From Haliotis rufescens (taxonomy: Eukaryota): 64,000 bases of DNA. The stretch covers positions 18,662,001 to 18,726,000 of the forward strand of contig NW_025964361.1 of the NCBI RefSeq assembly GCF_023055435.1, written 5' to 3'. Of the stretch, positions 1 to 12,529 are shown in pieces; position 1 is the first letter of the stretch; the number at the start of each line of letters is the position of its first letter. A program made the position numbers and the translations under genes. The notes under the pieces were generated by a model, which was not told the origin of the DNA, made no database searches, and saw only the letters and a list, made by a program, of their open reading frames with translations.

Positions 1-565
1 GATAAGTTCCTCCTTTTCAACTGTAATAGGCACCAAAATCCTAACATCTATAAAAGGTGCCCAGTGACAGTAGAACCTTATAAATTGGTGACAAAAGGTT
101 TGATATTTTACTTTGTTGCTTTGTGTTGTGTTCTCTTCTCTATGCGCAGTATTCTTTTGTCTATATGTTCTATGAGGCTCTTGACCGGGTTATCAACTCT
201 AATTCATAGATAAAACACAAAGAGTGATGTTTGATTTAAAGTATACTTTAACAACAACAAAAGGGTGCAACCCTTCATCAGCTTCATTACGCAGAAAAAT
301 CCTACCTATTTTTCCCCCACATACAACTTACTCTTGTATTTTATATAGTACAACCACCCCTTTAACTCCCATAATAAAATATCCCAGAATAAACCTGTTT
401 TATTCATATGCTTATTCTCCCCCACCCATAGCTAACATTAACCTAGTAACATTATCCCAAACAATAACAGTAATAACTAACGAAAAGTGAACAGATCTTG
501 ATTCAAGACCTGAGAGTCGACTGCATACTTTACCAGATGCTGGTGAAAGGACGACTGATAATTCC

Positions 566-1098
566 CTTACTTACTTACTTAGGTTGGAGATTTTATATGC
601 GCTTTCTGACTGCAAGCGAATGTCGCACACAGGCCCGTCAGACCATTTAGTGTAGTTTGCGAAAGTGGAAGAAAGGGGGAAGTGCAACCCAGGAGGGAGG
701 TTTAGGTGTTGCTTATATTATAATTTTGAGTTTTTGAGATTTGGAATGGATGCCAATGTGGGAAGTGAACTAAGGGAGCTGTGTGTGGTGGATGGTTGTT
801 GGATTATGTAGTTTTTATTTGACATGTGTATTTGGAGTTTAGATGTGGTTAATTAGTCCTGTTTTAATTAGATATATAAGTTTTGTGAGTTATTTAGTGG
901 GTTAAGGATTGACTCTAGAGTCAGTCTGGCATTTAGGTTTAGAGTGGTTTGTTGTGTTGCTCTGTGTATTTGGTAGTGTGTGCAGTGGATGAGTGCGTGT
1001 TCTGGGGTTTCTTGTTGGGTGCAGTGTGGGCATGTTCCTGTTGTGTGTAGTTTAGCTATTTTCCGGTGATTGTTTAATTTAGTATGGCCTGTCCCAAG
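566..1098 (-). mobile_element. 5'-truncated LINE 3' end (I/Nimb-like)
   Basis: Minus-strand translation LGTGHTKLNNH...CPHCTQQETPEHALIHC (C-terminal CCHC knuckle preceded by TGH), then a 3' UTR and a (TAAG)4 tail at 566-581. Confidence 0.7.
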
Positions 1099-2620
1099 GT
1101 AGTCTTATATAGCCCACACGCAGACCCAAGCTCCTCACAGTGATATCCCGTTCGCGGAGCTCTCTATACTACCGCTGCCACCAGTCAAAACTCCCCCAAG
1201 TGATAGATGACCACAACCATGCTTGGAGTTGAACTCGCAGCCGATTGACCGTTATGTTTACAAACAAGTGATGACTGTCGTTACGCCAAATACACTTATC
1301 CCTGCTTATTTACTTTCTTTGTTTATCACTTTAAATTTTTATTTCATTACATCTATCATGTAATTGATAAAGTAAGAATGTAAGAGAGAAGTTGGTTGAT
1401 TTTCCGTTAGTTAGCAATCTCGAACCAATCTGATTATACAAACAACAAAGTAAATTCATCTGGAAAACATGGTCAGTCGTAAACCTTTTCAAAATGAACT
1501 ATGATGGCATTCCCAAACACATAATCAAAAGTATGAACGAGACTACATTTGGGGTTAGAGGGCAAATTCCAAGATTCTTGTAATGGCTGCACCCACACTG
1601 GTGGCAGCAATGTTACCGAGAGTGTAAAGAAGGTGTCACCCGCTGGGAAGGAGCTTGGCGCAGACCATGTGCCCGGGAAAATGGCCACAACCAATGAACA
1701 TGCTCCTTACATCTCGGCTCTCTCAATCATAGCTGCCGGCTAGCCGAGCATGCAAGTAGTGTGACATTGTCATGTCTCCCTTGATACTAATGCCCGCGTG
1801 AGCATAAGTTACTACAACAAGGATTACATAGATAGGTACTACATCAACCACCCAAAATGCACTTAAACTAACCCACCCATCGAAATATTTCAATTTACCC
1901 ACCAAAATCCAGAGTAAACCACACAACTTTGAGAAGGTTGCAACAAATTTGAAATGGTTTCAAGTGCAATGGGTAATGCTTAGGCAAAGTGTTTGGATGG
2001 ACAGAGTTTTCTTAGAGGATATTGCAAGAGTTACTGGTGAACCTCTTCATTTCGTTGATCTGGAGTCACATCTGGTGTCAGGTTTGGTGAAAGTTGGTAT
2101 CAAGAAACCCAGTTCAAAGCATTGACTTGCTTGCTGGTAATGACTTTAGTGGGGTCCAAGATTTGGGCTGATCTCCTTTCCCTAGGATTTGCTTCCTATG
2201 AATCGGCGATGTTTCTGGTCAAAGGAACAAGAGGTGTCTTCTGGACAGGTAGGTTTATCCTTCCACCTGAAGGTTTGAAAACAATCCTTACCGGATGGGA
2301 CATAGTTCTTTGAAGTGGCGCCCATGAAGGTGTAACGATTTTAGCAGTTGCTTTGTCTTCGCAAGTGATCGGAAACCGAACGATCTACGACTAGCATTCT
2401 GACAGGATCGGGTGTCATCGGCCAAGAGTCGTAGACACTGATTGGCTAGGCTGAAGAGCAAAGAAAGCCAGTCCCTGATTGGATATACAAGCTGTCGTTT
2501 CTGCATAAAAATCACGCTTCATGACTTGGTAGGCGGCCATTGAGAAGGCAGGTTAGCGTGGCTGGAAGGTTACTGGAGAGGGGACATTTTGTCGCCCTTA
2601 GGGTGTGTTGGTGGCTTAAG

Positions 2621-3028
2621 GTAATATATTTAGTCATGGCTCACTTCTAGACATGTTATTGAAATGATGTAGGATGTAAATTGTCGCATTATTATTTTGT
2701 AACACTCGCTGTCATCTCGAGTAACTGTCGGGGAAATACTTGACCTATCATTCTATTTAACACGTGCTAGGTTAGATAGATCTTTTTCAACCTGCCATTC
2801 CTATATTATTGAGTCAGAGCAGTGTTTGTTATATCATAGCTTGTTTTTGTATGAGAATGTTATTTCAATAAACTATATGTAAATCTGCTCCGATGTTGTA
2901 CTTTAGTTCCCTGAGTCAAGCTGCTTTGAGCAATGGATTCGGACAGCCCGTAATTAGGGTTTAATTCAAGAACCTATTTCTATTTATGTACGAGCGTTGA
3001 GGTCGTTCAGGACTCGCGCAACGTTACA
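2621..3028 (+). mobile_element. Putative solo LTR
   Basis: AT-rich ~400-bp island inside GC-richer DIRS sequence; starts GTAAT, ends GTTACA, has internal AATAAA; AAGG on both sides if the initial TG was lost. Confidence 0.4.
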
Positions 3029-3519
3029 AAGGCATGGTCCAAGGTCGACTCTCGTGGTCTTTTGGCTTGAAAGGTCAAGATATGCACCTTTACAGGCAGG
3101 ATGATTGTGGAAAATTGAAATCGTTGTCATTCCGTCGGACACCCTCTATAATCTTATCGCTTTATCGCTGAAAAGACAAAGGGGAGTGACAGTGTGCACC
3201 ATAATCAACTTCTGAGGTTCTTCTGAGACAGCTCCAGATCTCACTTGAGCGAACAGATGTTGATGCTCAACAAAATCAGGATATCCAAGCTTGCATGGAT
3301 AGCAGGTCTTTTTGCATCTTGACAATAGCAACCAATAGGCTATGGGTGAGCCCAACTTGATCTGTCCTGGTAAAGACTGGGGAATCCCCAGCAATACCTT
3401 CATAGGAATCCAACAAAAGAGTATTTGGGTGCTTCAGCTTTGGAAAAAGTATTCGTTAATCACATTGGAGTTTTTTAAAGTTTTCCCAGGTTTGATTGAA
3501 ACTTGTGACATATAACAAG

Positions 3520-3787
3520 GTTGGTTGGTTGGTTTGTTGTTTAACGCCACACTCAGCAATATTCCAGCTATGTGACGGTGGTCTGTAAATAATCGAGTCT
3601 GGACCAGACAATCCAGTGATTAATATCATGAGCATCGACCGACGCAATTGGGATCGATGACATGCATCAACCAAGTCAGCGAGCCTGACCACCCGTCCCG
3701 TTAGTCGCCTTTTACGACAAGCATAGTCGCCTTTTACGACAAGCATGGGTTGCTGAAGATCTATTCTACCCCGGATCTTCACGGGTC
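3520..3787 (-). mobile_element. Short non-autonomous retroposon (GACCCGTGAAG family), full copy
   Basis: 13-bp TSD gacatataac(a/t)ag at 3507-3519 and 3788-3800; (CAAC)n tail; homologous to 22056-22325 and 9655-9845. Confidence 0.85.
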
Positions 3788-5415
3788 GACATATAACTAG
3801 GACAGGGAAGTGTCTTACACATGTGTGACGATGCAGAAGGGTTGTGACATCCAGCATATTCCAACATTTGAGGTGAAATGTCTTCCTCCACTTTAGGTCT
3901 CAGACCTCTCAGACAAAAAGGTCAGAAAACGAGTGACATGGCTAATAATCAACTGGTAGAGAACCATCAGAGTCAAACCTGCCACTAAGTGCAGAATCTG
4001 AATCTAACAAGCCAGTCTCGACACGAAGACTGTAACCCTTGAGTGACCTTCATTCATCATATCACTGTCGCCATGGTGATCTCCTTATGGCTTTTTATCC
4101 AACAGGTGCCAACTTGCAAGCAAGTATTTCTCCCAAGTATGAAAGTGCTGACTGGTATCTTGCATGCAGCAGTGGCTAACAGGATCCTCATGAGGTGGCT
4201 GACTGGCTGTCAAAAGCCCACCGACGGTGCTGGTGATGGTTTTCAGATACCAGTAGTTTCATGTGGGCACGCATTAGTTCCAAGTCCCAAGTCCCTAGCA
4301 GTAGGGGACTCCCGAAGCTGTTTCCTTTTACACATGCTGTCCATGCAGTATCCATGGGGATCCTGTACAATCGTTGGCTGACGTCAGCAAAGGAGTGGGA
4401 AGTAACAGTTCCTGAAGATTCCTGTCCGGGCTAATTTGGAACATCTATGCGGAACATGAAGACTGCTGTAAGTCGAGAGCAAGAGAGATTGTCACTGAGT
4501 GTACTGATGGGGACAGGCTCGAAACGACCACAGTCCAGCTCTTGTGACTCTTGTTTCAAGATCCCATCATAGACGTGTGGCCTCTTGGCCAGGGATGCTT
4601 CTGAGTATGTGCTTTCTTTAAGGACTCGACCTTGGCAAACAAGGCTTTGTGTCTACTGTCGGACATCTTCACCATGTCCTGCTTCTGTTTCATGAACTGT
4701 TCAAAGATGCTCATGGACAATGGGAGTGTCAGGTCTGGTAGAGTTGAGGCGTTTATTGGTAAGGCCATTTTCTTCACCGCTTACTTATGTCATGCTTTTT
4801 GCGAGGCCGCCATCATATTGTTGAAGTTTGACTGCGACAAAGAGGAGCACTGCTCATACCTTTTATCCTCCCCTCATGCCAGTTCCCTGCATCTCCAACA
4901 GTCATGAACTCACAACACGTCTACCTGTCTACTTACATCAATATTCTTTAGCAATACAAAATTTTTTTTTATGGATAATTACTTATAAATTTAAAAGCAA
5001 CAAAAACTGAAGATATTACTCAGCCTATTAAATATGTGATAGATTTTTAGATGTTCTCTCTAGCACAAAGGAAAGAAGGGGGGTTTTCTTGCCTTGCACA
5101 AGCAGAATGTTTCTGAGAAGCAAGATGCTATTACTGGCACAACTAGTGACAGTGAAGAGAACTTATTTTGAAAATCAGTTCTCGCAAAAATTATTTGCCA
5201 AAGGTGTAATAGAGGTTTGTATCAGCAGAATTATATGTGTTGCAGAGTTATTACCCTTCTGTTGGGAGTGGATACTTTTTGGCATTGAACTTTTGATGTC
5301 AAAGAAAAATTCAGATTGATTCATGGCAGTTGTATTAAGACTGAAAAAGGAAGGCGAAAAAGATTCACCGGACTTAGAAAAGGATATAAAATCCTTTCTC
5401 AAGAGCTATACATAC

Positions 5416-5537
5416 CCATGATATTGGTCAATGGCCTGTCTAACCTGTTCTTGATACTTATTCAGGTCAACAGCATTTGGGCTGACCAATCGTATCTCCT
5501 GTCTGCTGCGGTTTGAAACATGAGCCAAAGGAATTAT
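5416..5537 (-). CDS. VWA3B: Internal coding exon of VWA3B-like gene (last in window)
   Basis: Acceptor ttcattttcag, donor gtatgt; 122 nt, phase 0 to 2; IIPLAHVSNRSRQEIRLVSPNAVDLNKYQEQVRQAIDQY continues the recalled VWA3B segment (VFPLAHV...INP...YKQKVEQAI). Confidence 0.85.
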
Positions 5538-6039
5538 CTGAAAATGAATAAAAACATTTTCTGACAAATGGTCAAGCTTCTTCCTGAGCTAATATCTCCT
5601 GTTCTTACCAAAACTTTGTCACTGTCATAAAATTTAATGAAAGGGTAGATATAAGTAACTTGACTGAATTTGAACCAGGTACATGACATGAGAACCTAGA
5701 TACACAAGTCAACACCAGGTTGCCCTTATCTCTATCAATTTATCAAAATTGAAACGTATGAACTAGTCTGAATAAATAAAATCTCAAATCTCTGATGACT
5801 GTGTCATGATTTTTAATGCAGTTAGTTCTTACTAGCTGCTTACTTGTTACAGTAATTTTGTGGCAATATCATCAATGGGAACTGCATCAATTGGATTATC
5901 ATTGGTTGGATAATCTAAAGATCATGACGTGACATGGTGATCAACTTCAGCGATAGATGAAGCTATAGTACAGTATATAGATACAGTACATAATCCATAA
6001 TCCACAGTTTGATGACGTCAAACATGTAAAATTACACAT

Positions 6040-7050
6040 AACACAGGGATAAGTATTGTAGTATGGTAAATAAATCTTATAGGTATTGAGTATGTTCAAA
6101 GTTTGATGTTGTTAAGGCAATGAAGGGTTGGTCAAGGCACAAATTTGAATTAACCATAATCACCAAACATGTGCAAGGCATTCACAATGGAGAAGGAGAC
6201 AGTTTGTCACGGCTGAACTTGCAGTATGAATGGCAGCTGCATCCAAACTTACTCAAACTCATGAATCACATCAGGGGGCCTCACCACGTGGACAGGTCAC
6301 TTCACACACATGTACATCAGTAGGTTCTTAGACCCGTTAACATCAGGCATAAATTGGTTAGCGCAACAGGATAGGGGTGAGCTAAACAATTTTGTGAGAC
6401 CACCATTCAGGATGATTCCACAGATCCTGGACACACTTGAGACCCACGGAGGTCACCCTACACTAGTAGCACTGCTGTGGAAAAGTCAGCAATGGTTCAG
6501 AAAGCTGACAAATATGCTTGTGTTTCAACCATTCAAACTTTCCAATTCACAACAAAACTTCCCTGTGAGGAATGCAACGCCATGCAGAACCATGCAAGAA
6601 CTTCCGATGGAAATTGTTTGCCTCAAGAATTTATGGCCACAGAGACTCTTGTTGGAGGGCTTTGTCAGTTCAGTGCAGAGCAGAGTTACCCCTCTGTCTG
6701 GCCAATAGTACATTAGAGTCATACAAGAGGCTGACAAATTGAATGTATTTTGTAAGAAAATTGGTGCCCCATTCTCTCACGTTCCATCAACTACTTTCAG
6801 GGAATTTCTCTGTGTTATTACAGATAAATCACAATGGCCTGCATAACAGATAAAGTCTGCCATAGCAGCATCAAAGTGTCTCTGTGAGACAATGAGGAAA
6901 GCTGACTTTGCCACTGATAATGACATCAGATATTTAAGTAATGAAATCTGGAACGTTGGTTGTGAGACCTAAATCTAACTTAATACATGAGCATAATTTT
7001 AAATGTTGTACATGACATGGCCTGAAAATGAGTACCTGATGGCAAAGGGT
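6040..7050 (+). mobile_element. DIRS remnant: RNase H end, methyltransferase-like domain, start of tyrosine recombinase
   Basis: HVQGIHNGEGDSLSR..EWQLHP..GPHHVD, then NNFVRPPFRMIPQIL...LWKSQQWF, typical of the DIRS pol C-terminus; frameshifted. Confidence 0.75.
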
Positions 7051-7321
7051 CTGTGTGAGAAAACACAATGAGAACAGCAATGTTCGCCATCAGATGTGGT
7101 GCCACATGGCATGTTGTTCAGTCTGAAAGGTGAAATGACGGACTTGTTGTTCAGGTACATATCAAGGAGGATGGATCGCTTGACCTTGATTTCAGTGATA
7201 CAAACAATGACAGTGACAGGTTGGGGTTTCCAGTGACAATACAACCAACGTTGGTTGAGGCTGTGGTCCCTGTTATTTGTTCTTGCCAAATGTGAATTTT
7301 GGACTTTATTCCTGTTATATG

Positions 7322-7381
7322 TGTAGCAGCGCGTGGAGTCAGATGACATCCTAACCTTGTCAGCTTGTCAGCTTGCCGGGT
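7322..7381 (+). mobile_element. Fragment of the TRIM LTR 5' end
   Basis: tgtagcagcgcgtggagtc-agatgacatcctaaccttgtcagcttg aligns with the first ~60 nt of the LTR at 20790 (minus). Confidence 0.75.
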
Positions 7382-7384
7382 GTA

Positions 7385-8210
7385 AAAGATAATCCTTGTT
7401 GCAAACTTCTAGTTTCAAGGAAGACTGAAGAAAAGAAGCCTTGGTTGTAATTCGTATCCTCCTGTTCCCACATGGTACACTTGTCCAATAGCTTCTAAAT
7501 GGCCAAAGTGACTGCTGCTGGTTTGGGACCTTCCAGAAAGGATCGATGGCCAATGAGATTGGTTTTTCATGGAAGCGAGGCTTGTATCCTTCCAGAACCA
7601 CTTGTAGAATCCAGCAGTTTGAAGTGATGTACTTCTAATCATAGTGCCTAGTATCCAACTGTCAGCTGTACAGTGGTGCTTGGAAGGACGTAGTTTAAAA
7701 GAAATAGAAGAGAGGATGACATAGTTGAGCTTTTGTTAATTATTAGACTGGAAATGCTTCTACGATAAGGTTAGGTTTCAACATCCTTTGAAATGATTCT
7801 GAGTTTCCAGCACATTTGAGTTCCTGTGGAATTGCATTGAGAATGCCCCATCATCCGATGGTAATTTTGATTTGTGTGTGGTTTGTCTTCAGACTGCAGG
7901 CTTAATGATGGTATGTAAGGATCAATCAGGTCTCTCAGGTGTCTTGGCTCACTCTCTCAAATAGCCCTGTAAGTGAGGAGTTTTAAACTTAAACTGCTGT
8001 AGAATTAGTAGCCAGTGCAGTTGAATGTTAGCTGCTCTTGAGATGCTTGTTGCTCTGATGGCATGGTCTTGCCGAAGATGACACAAAGATTCTTCTCTCT
8101 GTCAAATCAAGTGATGCTGAAATGTCCATCACTAAGTGGCATACCAACTTTTTCCAACAATTCCACGAAAGGAATTACCTGGTTCATAATACCATAAGGA
8201 GATAAACCTA
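7385..8210 (-). mobile_element. DIRS remnant (ORF1 end and RT N-terminus)
   Basis: VLEGYKPRFHEKP followed by frameshifted LLDKC and FFS.F motifs typical of the DIRS RT start. Confidence 0.5.
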
Positions 8211-9654
8211 CTGTGAATCAACTGTTTAGTGTGACTACATCAAATTTCAAACACAGTATTTTATCTCCATTCTACCATAATGACAACAGCACTTTGAAGA
8301 CTGTGCTCTCTTGCAACTTGTAACAACACAGGGTACAAAAGTCTGCTATCTTAGAGCTTTTCGAAAGGGGTCACAGGTAGTAATATGTGTCAAATATTAC
8401 TAAAGTTCTACAATTTAAGATTAAAGATATCACGGCAATTTGACTCCAGCCCATGAATGGAGAGGCAAATGACGCCATGCTGGACTCACAACACACCACC
8501 CAACTAATACTTATGTGAGTAACAATTAACCAACTTACTGAAGATGACTTCCTAGTATAGTTGAATTACTATGTAAGAACAAACTAGAAAACATTGAAAA
8601 CTAGCTATTCTACAGTGTGAAAACACTACCAAAGTGCTGGAAAAAAAAGGAAAGTTGATCCTCCCTTCTAGCATGCACATACTACGTAATGCATATTTCA
8701 TAATGCTTTAATAAAGATTAGTCGTTGGTAAGCACTACTAAATCAGTTATCTCCCCTTGGGACTCTCACCACACCAACTCTAACCAGGAGAAACCGTATC
8801 TGCAGAGATGTACACTGAATTTCAATTGCATGGAGTTCCAGAAGGGTGAGTACCTACATGTACCTGAGCAAGATGCATGGTTCTGTAATGGACCTTTGCA
8901 TGACATTGATGCATTTGAAAATGGCAAACTTGTTCTTATGTAAATGACTTTGATAAAGTTGTGACTATCACTCTACCTATAGTCTGGAAGTTAATTTAAG
9001 GTACCGACGTTTACTACAATATCTGAAAAACTATTGGACCTACTCCAGTCAAAGTTGGTATGAGATTTTTAAACAGTCATTCATAACTGGATATTACATT
9101 TAAAGACAATCGGTGCATGAATAAAAAATCTGTCTATTTAGCTATCACTATATTTCATCAACAACCAGATCTGTTCGTCACGGGTGGAATGAGCATTCAT
9201 TGTAACAGCCATCTGCATAATGCTACCCCTGCGTCACAGGGCCATATGACACAGTTGAACCAATCAACTCCTTATCAGTCAGATTATAAGTCTTATACTT
9301 ATAACTTATAAAACTAATTATTAATGGAAAATCATATATGGGAGGCCCTGCCAGGGTTTTGTCAAAGATATCAAAGTGTATCATGAATATTATGCAACAC
9401 TGGTTTTTGTTTATATTCTTAGATCACATAACATCATTGTGCACTCAGATCCCTGCATTTTGTTTGATATAAATGTTTTGCTCCATGCCATGCTTTATGA
9501 TCCAGAATGACAGTCAATGTTATAACCCTTCCAGGGTCTCACCAATCAATGTGGGCAAGTATAGCATATACTGTTTGCCTTCAAGTCACTATACTGCAAA
9601 AGTTCTTAAAAGACTTCTGTTGAAATGTTTCTTTAAGACTGTATGTTTTTATGG

Positions 9655-9845
9655 ACAGTGGTCTGTAAATAATCGAGTCTGGAACAGAAAATTCAGTGAT
9701 TGATGTCATGAGCATCCATCAACACAATTGGGATACGATGACATGCATTAACCAAGTCAGCGAGCTTGACCATCCAGTTCAGTTCGTAGCCCCTTACGAC
9801 CAGCATAGGTTGCTGAAGGCATATTCTAACCCCGATCTTCATGTA
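9655..9845 (-). mobile_element. Partial copy of the GACCCGTGAAG retroposon family
   Basis: Aligns with 3575-3782 (ggtctgtaaataatcgagtctgg...gatcttc). Confidence 0.8.
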
Positions 9846-10187
9846 GTGGAGCGGCTAAGCAGAGAAAATGTGCATTTAATGATAAAAGCATGAAACTTTG
9901 CACATTTATACACTGATGCCAAGGGAACATTTTCAGATATGGAGGCACTCAAAATAATTTCATTTTGCACATGCACAGTAGATAAAGAAAAAATTTCCTT
10001 TCATGGCTACTGTTTTAGCTTTGTAACTACCAAAATGCACTAAAGTGACGGTTTTATAAAACAAAATACTGATCCACATACTGGTTAAATGTGTTGAAAA
10101 TACAAAAGTCATTTTTACAAAAACTGGCCCTCGCACCAACAAAGTCCTTTGTATTTAAGCGAGGACTGTTTGCACTTGCATTGGTTG

Positions 10188-10700
10188 TTACACTGAACGA
10201 TGTTGATTTTGGAGTCCAGCCAAGCAAGTCAGGTGATATTTTGCATTTATTGCAATGAGGTCACCACCCTCAATTTTGGACAATGACTCAGTCTCTTGCA
10301 GGTGTGTGGCCATAAGAGTCAGATTTTCTACAAAATATACAGGTGTTCTTGTCAAGAGACTGTTGTTTCTTGGCTTAGCACTTCTCTCAGGAGTTCCAGC
10401 TCTCTCCCTCTTTCGTGCTCTTTGCAGTTTGTTCACATTGAATTTTGTGTGACAAGATTTATGCCACTGTGCTTGATGCCTGATGAACTTGTCCACATCA
10501 ATGTCCTTTCCAAAAGTGAAGGGGACTGGCAATTTATTCAGCTCCCTGAAAGCATTCACATTGTCCAGGAAGGATTTGTATGGCTCAGATCTGTCTTCAG
10601 CTCCCGGTGCATTTAAAGGGCATCAGAGTACTTCAGTGGAAGGCTGTTGGCATATGATACACAATGCCCAATCCATTATGTGGACGAATGAAATTTGTAT
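10188..10700 (-). mobile_element. Academ-like DNA transposon N-terminal remnant
   Basis: AQWHKSCHTKFN...LQRARKR and GDLIAINAKYHLTCL motifs, plus an upstream W.LC..CQ-like motif. Confidence 0.6.
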
Positions 10701-10768
10701 GACGGCCTATTACAACAGTACAAGTTGCTTAACAGACATATAACAGTATAAGTTGCTAAACAGACATA

Positions 10769-11083
10769 CCGTATTCGACGTAATAAGCTCTTATAAGCGC
10801 CCATGGCAATATTTGCTAATATATTGGCTAGTGAACAATCCCAATTGTACACAAGACTCATTTATTCGCGTATAATACGCACTCGTGTGTTATATGCACC
10901 CTCAATTATGGGCAATTAAATTCTGGAAAAATATAACTGTCGTACATAAACATTTCAGGCTGTCAGCATAAACCACGAAATTTATCTTTCAGCTCTGTTT
11001 TTTTTTCACCAAAATAATATTCTAATAAGACCCCCCTATTTCTGATTTGAGACCGCCCTGGGCGCTTATTACATCGAATACAG
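10769..11083. mobile_element. MITE, pogo/Tigger-type, TA TSD
   Basis: TIRs ccgtattcgacgtaataag and cttattacatcgaatacag, flanked by TA; second copy in opposite orientation at 42449-42783. Confidence 0.85.
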
Positions 11084-11229
11084 TATCTAACACATATTGA
11101 TTGATTATTGGCACAAATAGTCATCAATTGACATTCTAAATAGCTTTATTGAATTCCTTGCCCCAGAAAATGTATATTTTGACCCCAATATTGACTTTCT
11201 AAGTGGTTTGGTTGAAACCTATGGTAATG

Positions 11230-12065
11230 GAGAGCATGTGGAAAAAATTGGATGCTTTTATCTGGCATGTCACTATCATCTTGCTGAGCTACCTGACTAT
11301 CTGGACGTCCCTCAACTTCCAAAAGGAAGAGTCAATGAAGGAGACAGAAAAACTTATACTGTCAGATAGATGTATTACCATTGCTGAACTTAAGGAAGAC
11401 ACAGGTCTAAGCCTTGGATCCACTGGAACTATTATTCATGAATATATACAGATGAATAAGATATCTGCTTGTTGGTTGCCAAAATTTCTAAATTCTGATC
11501 TTAAGGAAAAAAGAACTGACATTGCCAGAGAAAATTTAGAGCTATTTGAGGAGGATTTCGTCAATTTCAAAAGAGATTAGTAACGGGTGATTCAACATAG
11601 GGGTACCACTATGATCCCGAGTCAAAACATCAATCCATAGAATGGCACTATTCCACTTCTCCGGCAACAAAGAAATTTAAGTCTTCAAGATCAGTGAAGA
11701 AAGTTATGGCAACTGTATTCTCGGATGCAAAGGGTGAGATCCTTGTTTATTACTTAGAAAGTCAAAAGACGAAAAGCGGCGAAGAATGCTGACTGCTGGA
11801 GTTCAACTCCTTCATGACAGTGCCTCTTGTCAATGTGCGACAATGTGGATTCCAATAGCTTCCTCACCCTCCATTCTTGCCAGACCTAAACTGAAAGAAC
11901 ACCTAAGTGGAAAGCGCTATGACGACAATGATGACCTCAAAGCTGCCATGAATGGGTTTCTCAGGGTGGCTTCAGAAAACTTCTTCCTGGCTGGAATTGA
12001 AAAGCTTCTCTATCAATATGAGAAGTGTATTGAAAAGCTGGAGAGTATGTTGAAAAATAAAATTA
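11230..12065 (+). pseudogene. Degenerate mariner transposase
   Basis: DRCITIAEL..GLSLGS..IIHE...KISACWLPKFL, VTGD...YHYDPESKHQS.EW, KVMATVFSDAKG, LLHD, LKEHLSGKRY...YEKCI; many stops and deletions. Confidence 0.85.
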
Positions 12066-12529
12066 AAAACACTTTCGCAATACCAGGATGTTGAATACAT
12101 TGAATAATTTGATTGGGTTGAGACATTTGGTGAGAGGTTGTCAACAACACAAATACAGTGGCATCGGCCATGTTATTCCAACTTCACAAACATCAACTGA
12201 CTGGACAAGAGTGCTCTGAGAGCACAACATCCCCTGCATGAATTTTTTTAACGAGTTTATATTTTCTTTGTATTTTATGAAATAACAACAGTAGATGGCA
12301 CTGCATTGGAAACAAATTGTGCAGAACATTTTGTTGGGAGTAATCCAGTCTGAATGCTAATGCCATAAGGATGTAGCTCACCCACAAAAGCCTTATACAA
12401 GGGAACTTACTATAGTTAGATATTGTGACATTTTCACAACAGAGACTAAATGACATTGTTTTATAATGGTTGTTACCTGAGGCAAGGTTGTTACCTGAGA
12501 CAAAGTTGTACCTGTATCAGTTGACAAAA

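Larger units (their letters stand above)
1950..4930 (-). mobile_element. Degenerate DIRS-like ORF1 (gag) region, interrupted by later insertions
   Basis: Fragmented minus-strand frames; the peptide near 4800-4556 (KA*HK*AVKKMAL...IFEQFM) resembles ORF1 of the DIRS copy at 32627 (KAKHKEAAKKK...LEKLF). Boundaries approximate. Confidence 0.4.

Noticed and set aside
224-490. Short ORFs in the track such as 224-490, 39557-39901, 40767-41066 and 54026-54373
   Set aside because: No recognisable motifs; they are chance frames in AT-rich DNA or shadow frames of repeats.
8176-8210. Exon ending WYYEP/gtaatt
   Set aside because: No place in the phase chain (the 19941 and 5537 exons join directly with colinear homology); more likely a DIRS terminal sequence.
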